DNA of 64,000 nucleotides from Rhodoplanes serenus (GTDB lineage Bacteria; Pseudomonadota; Alphaproteobacteria; Rhizobiales; Xanthobacteraceae): positions 14,985 to 78,984 of the forward strand of contig CAMAWG010000001.1 of the NCBI GenBank assembly GCA_945861855.1, read 5' to 3'. A program made the translations under genes and the position numbers. Within the stretch, counting starts at the first letter, position 1. Every line of letters begins with the position of its first letter. Shown one piece after another: positions 62,833 through 64,000 of the stretch. Below the pieces are notes generated by a model. The model had not been told where the DNA came from. It did no database searches and worked only from the letters and a program-made list of their open reading frames with translations.

Positions 62833-63747
62833 ATGTCCGCAGGTAAATCCAAGATCGCCGTCATCGGCTCGGGCCTCATGGGCCACGGCATCGCGCAGGT
62901 GTTCGCGCTCGCCGGTCATGACGTCACCATCACCGATTTCCACACGCCCAACCTCGAAACGGTGAAGCAGCGGATCGCGACCAACCTCCGCGATCTCGGC
63001 GACGACGAGAAGGCGGTGGAGCGTGTGCGGCCGGTCGCGGACATGGCCGACTGCGTGCGCGATGCCGATTTCGTCGTCGAGGCCGTGCTGGAGGACATGC
63101 CGCTCAAGCAGAGAATCTTCGGCGAGATCGAGAATCACGTCCGCCCGGATACCATCCTCGCCAGCAACACCTCGGTCATGCCGATCACCGAGATCATGAA
63201 AGGGTTGCGCGACCGCTCGCGCGCGCTCGGCACGCACTGGTGGAACCCGCCGTTCCTGGTGCCGCTCGTCGAGGTCATCGGCACGGAGTGGACCTCGCAG
63301 GCGGCGATCGACTTCACCATGAAGCTGCACGCCGACGCCGGCAAGATGCCCGCCCATGTGAAGAAGGACGTGCCGGGCTTCATCGGCAACCGGCTGCAGC
63401 ATGCGCTGTGGCGCGAGGCCATTTCGCTCGTGGAGCGCGGCATCTGCGACGCCGAGACGGTCGACAAGGTGATCAAGGCGGCGTTCGGCCGGCGGATTGC
63501 CGTGCTGGGGCCGCTGGAAAACGCCGATCTGGTCGGCACCGACCTGACGCTCGCCATCCACAAGACCGTGCTGCCCGATATCGATCACCGGCCCGGCCCG
63601 TCGCCCTATTTGGAGCGGCTGGTGGCCGAGGGTAAGCTCGGCTTCAAGAGCGGCGAGGGCTTCCGCAAGTGGAGCGCCGGAGAACAGGCGGCGCTGCGGG
63701 CCAAGGTGGTGCAACATCTCAAGAAGGCGCGCGAAAACGACGCCTGA
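62833..63747 (+). CDS. 3-hydroxyacyl-CoA dehydrogenase family protein
   Basis: GSGLMGHG, EAVLED, ASNTS, THWWNPP, PGFIGNRL, GPLENAD. Confidence 0.9.
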   Translation: MSAGKSKIAVIGSGLMGHGIAQVFALAGHDVTITDFHTPNLETVKQRIATNLRDLGDDEKAVERVRPVADMADCVRDADFVVEAVLEDMPLKQRIFGEIENHVRPDTILASNTSVMPITEIMKGLRDRSRALGTHWWNPPFLVPLVEVIGTEWTSQAAIDFTMKLHADAGKMPAHVKKDVPGFIGNRLQHALWREAISLVERGICDAETVDKVIKAAFGRRIAVLGPLENADLVGTDLTLAIHKTVLPDIDHRPGPSPYLERLVAEGKLGFKSGEGFRKWSAGEQAALRAKVVQHLKKARENDA

Positions 63748-63764
63748 CGCTGGAGGAGGAGGCC

Positions 63765-64000
63765 ATGACGGACAATCAACGCTTGAATCGACGGACTCTG
63801 ATCAAGACCGGCGCGGCGGCCATCGCCATGCCGGCGCTGCTCGGCGCCAATTCCGCGAGCGCGCAGGCGAAGGTGATCAAGATCGGCCACGTCAGCCCGC
63901 GCACCGGCCCGCTCGCAGGCTTCGGCGAGGCCGACACCTTCATCCTCGAGCAGGTGCGCGGCATCCTCGGCAGCGGCCTGCAGAGCGGCGGCAAGTCCTA
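63765..64000 (+). CDS. ABC transporter substrate-binding protein (Liv/aromatic-acid type), Tat signal, truncated at window end
   Basis: GGAGGAGG RBS; MTDNQRLNRRTLIKTGAAAIAMP...AQAKVIKIGHVSPRTGPLAGFGE. Confidence 0.82.
   Translation, partial: MTDNQRLNRRTLIKTGAAAIAMPALLGANSASAQAKVIKIGHVSPRTGPLAGFGEADTFILEQVRGILGSGLQSGGKS

Overview
High-GC alphaproteobacterial DNA, most like Hyphomicrobiales (Xanthobacteraceae/Nitrobacteraceae) judging by codon bias, Bug/TctC genes and REP-type palindromes. It is densely packed with catabolic genes. I saw no rRNA, tRNA, CRISPR array, integrase or transposase. 1-18.1 kb: a heteroaromatic/lactone catabolic island (Liv-type ABC transporter, enamidase homolog, HpaB-family monooxygenase, DUF1185, MarR, [4Fe-4S]/FAD 4-hydroxybutyryl-CoA dehydratase, PadR, AHL-lactonase, atypical SDR, CoxMSL-type Mo hydroxylase, TTC38-like protein, glutaryl-CoA dehydrogenase). 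18.1-23.4 kb: an Ogl-like propeller plus HyuA/HyuB. 23.6-32.2 kb: a signalling operon (Cache-HAMP-2xGAF kinase, 6xGAF kinase, single receiver, and a receiver-adenylate cyclase broken by an in-frame TGA). 32.4-64 kb: amidohydrolases, a Rieske-linked dinuclear-oxygenase candidate, an extradiol dioxygenase, TctC proteins, a second HyuA/HyuB pair and a cluster resembling the reductive phloroglucinol pathway. The most notable signals are (i) GAF cores with foreign-looking codon usage held between near-identical ~180-bp linker repeats, suggesting cassette-shuffled sensors, (ii) a 4-hydroxybutyryl-CoA dehydratase resembling the thaumarchaeal type next to a lactonase, (iii) the amidohydrolase+Rieske oxygenase candidate and (iv) the phloroglucinol-like cluster. 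All family calls come from motif recognition and recall. No database search was run.
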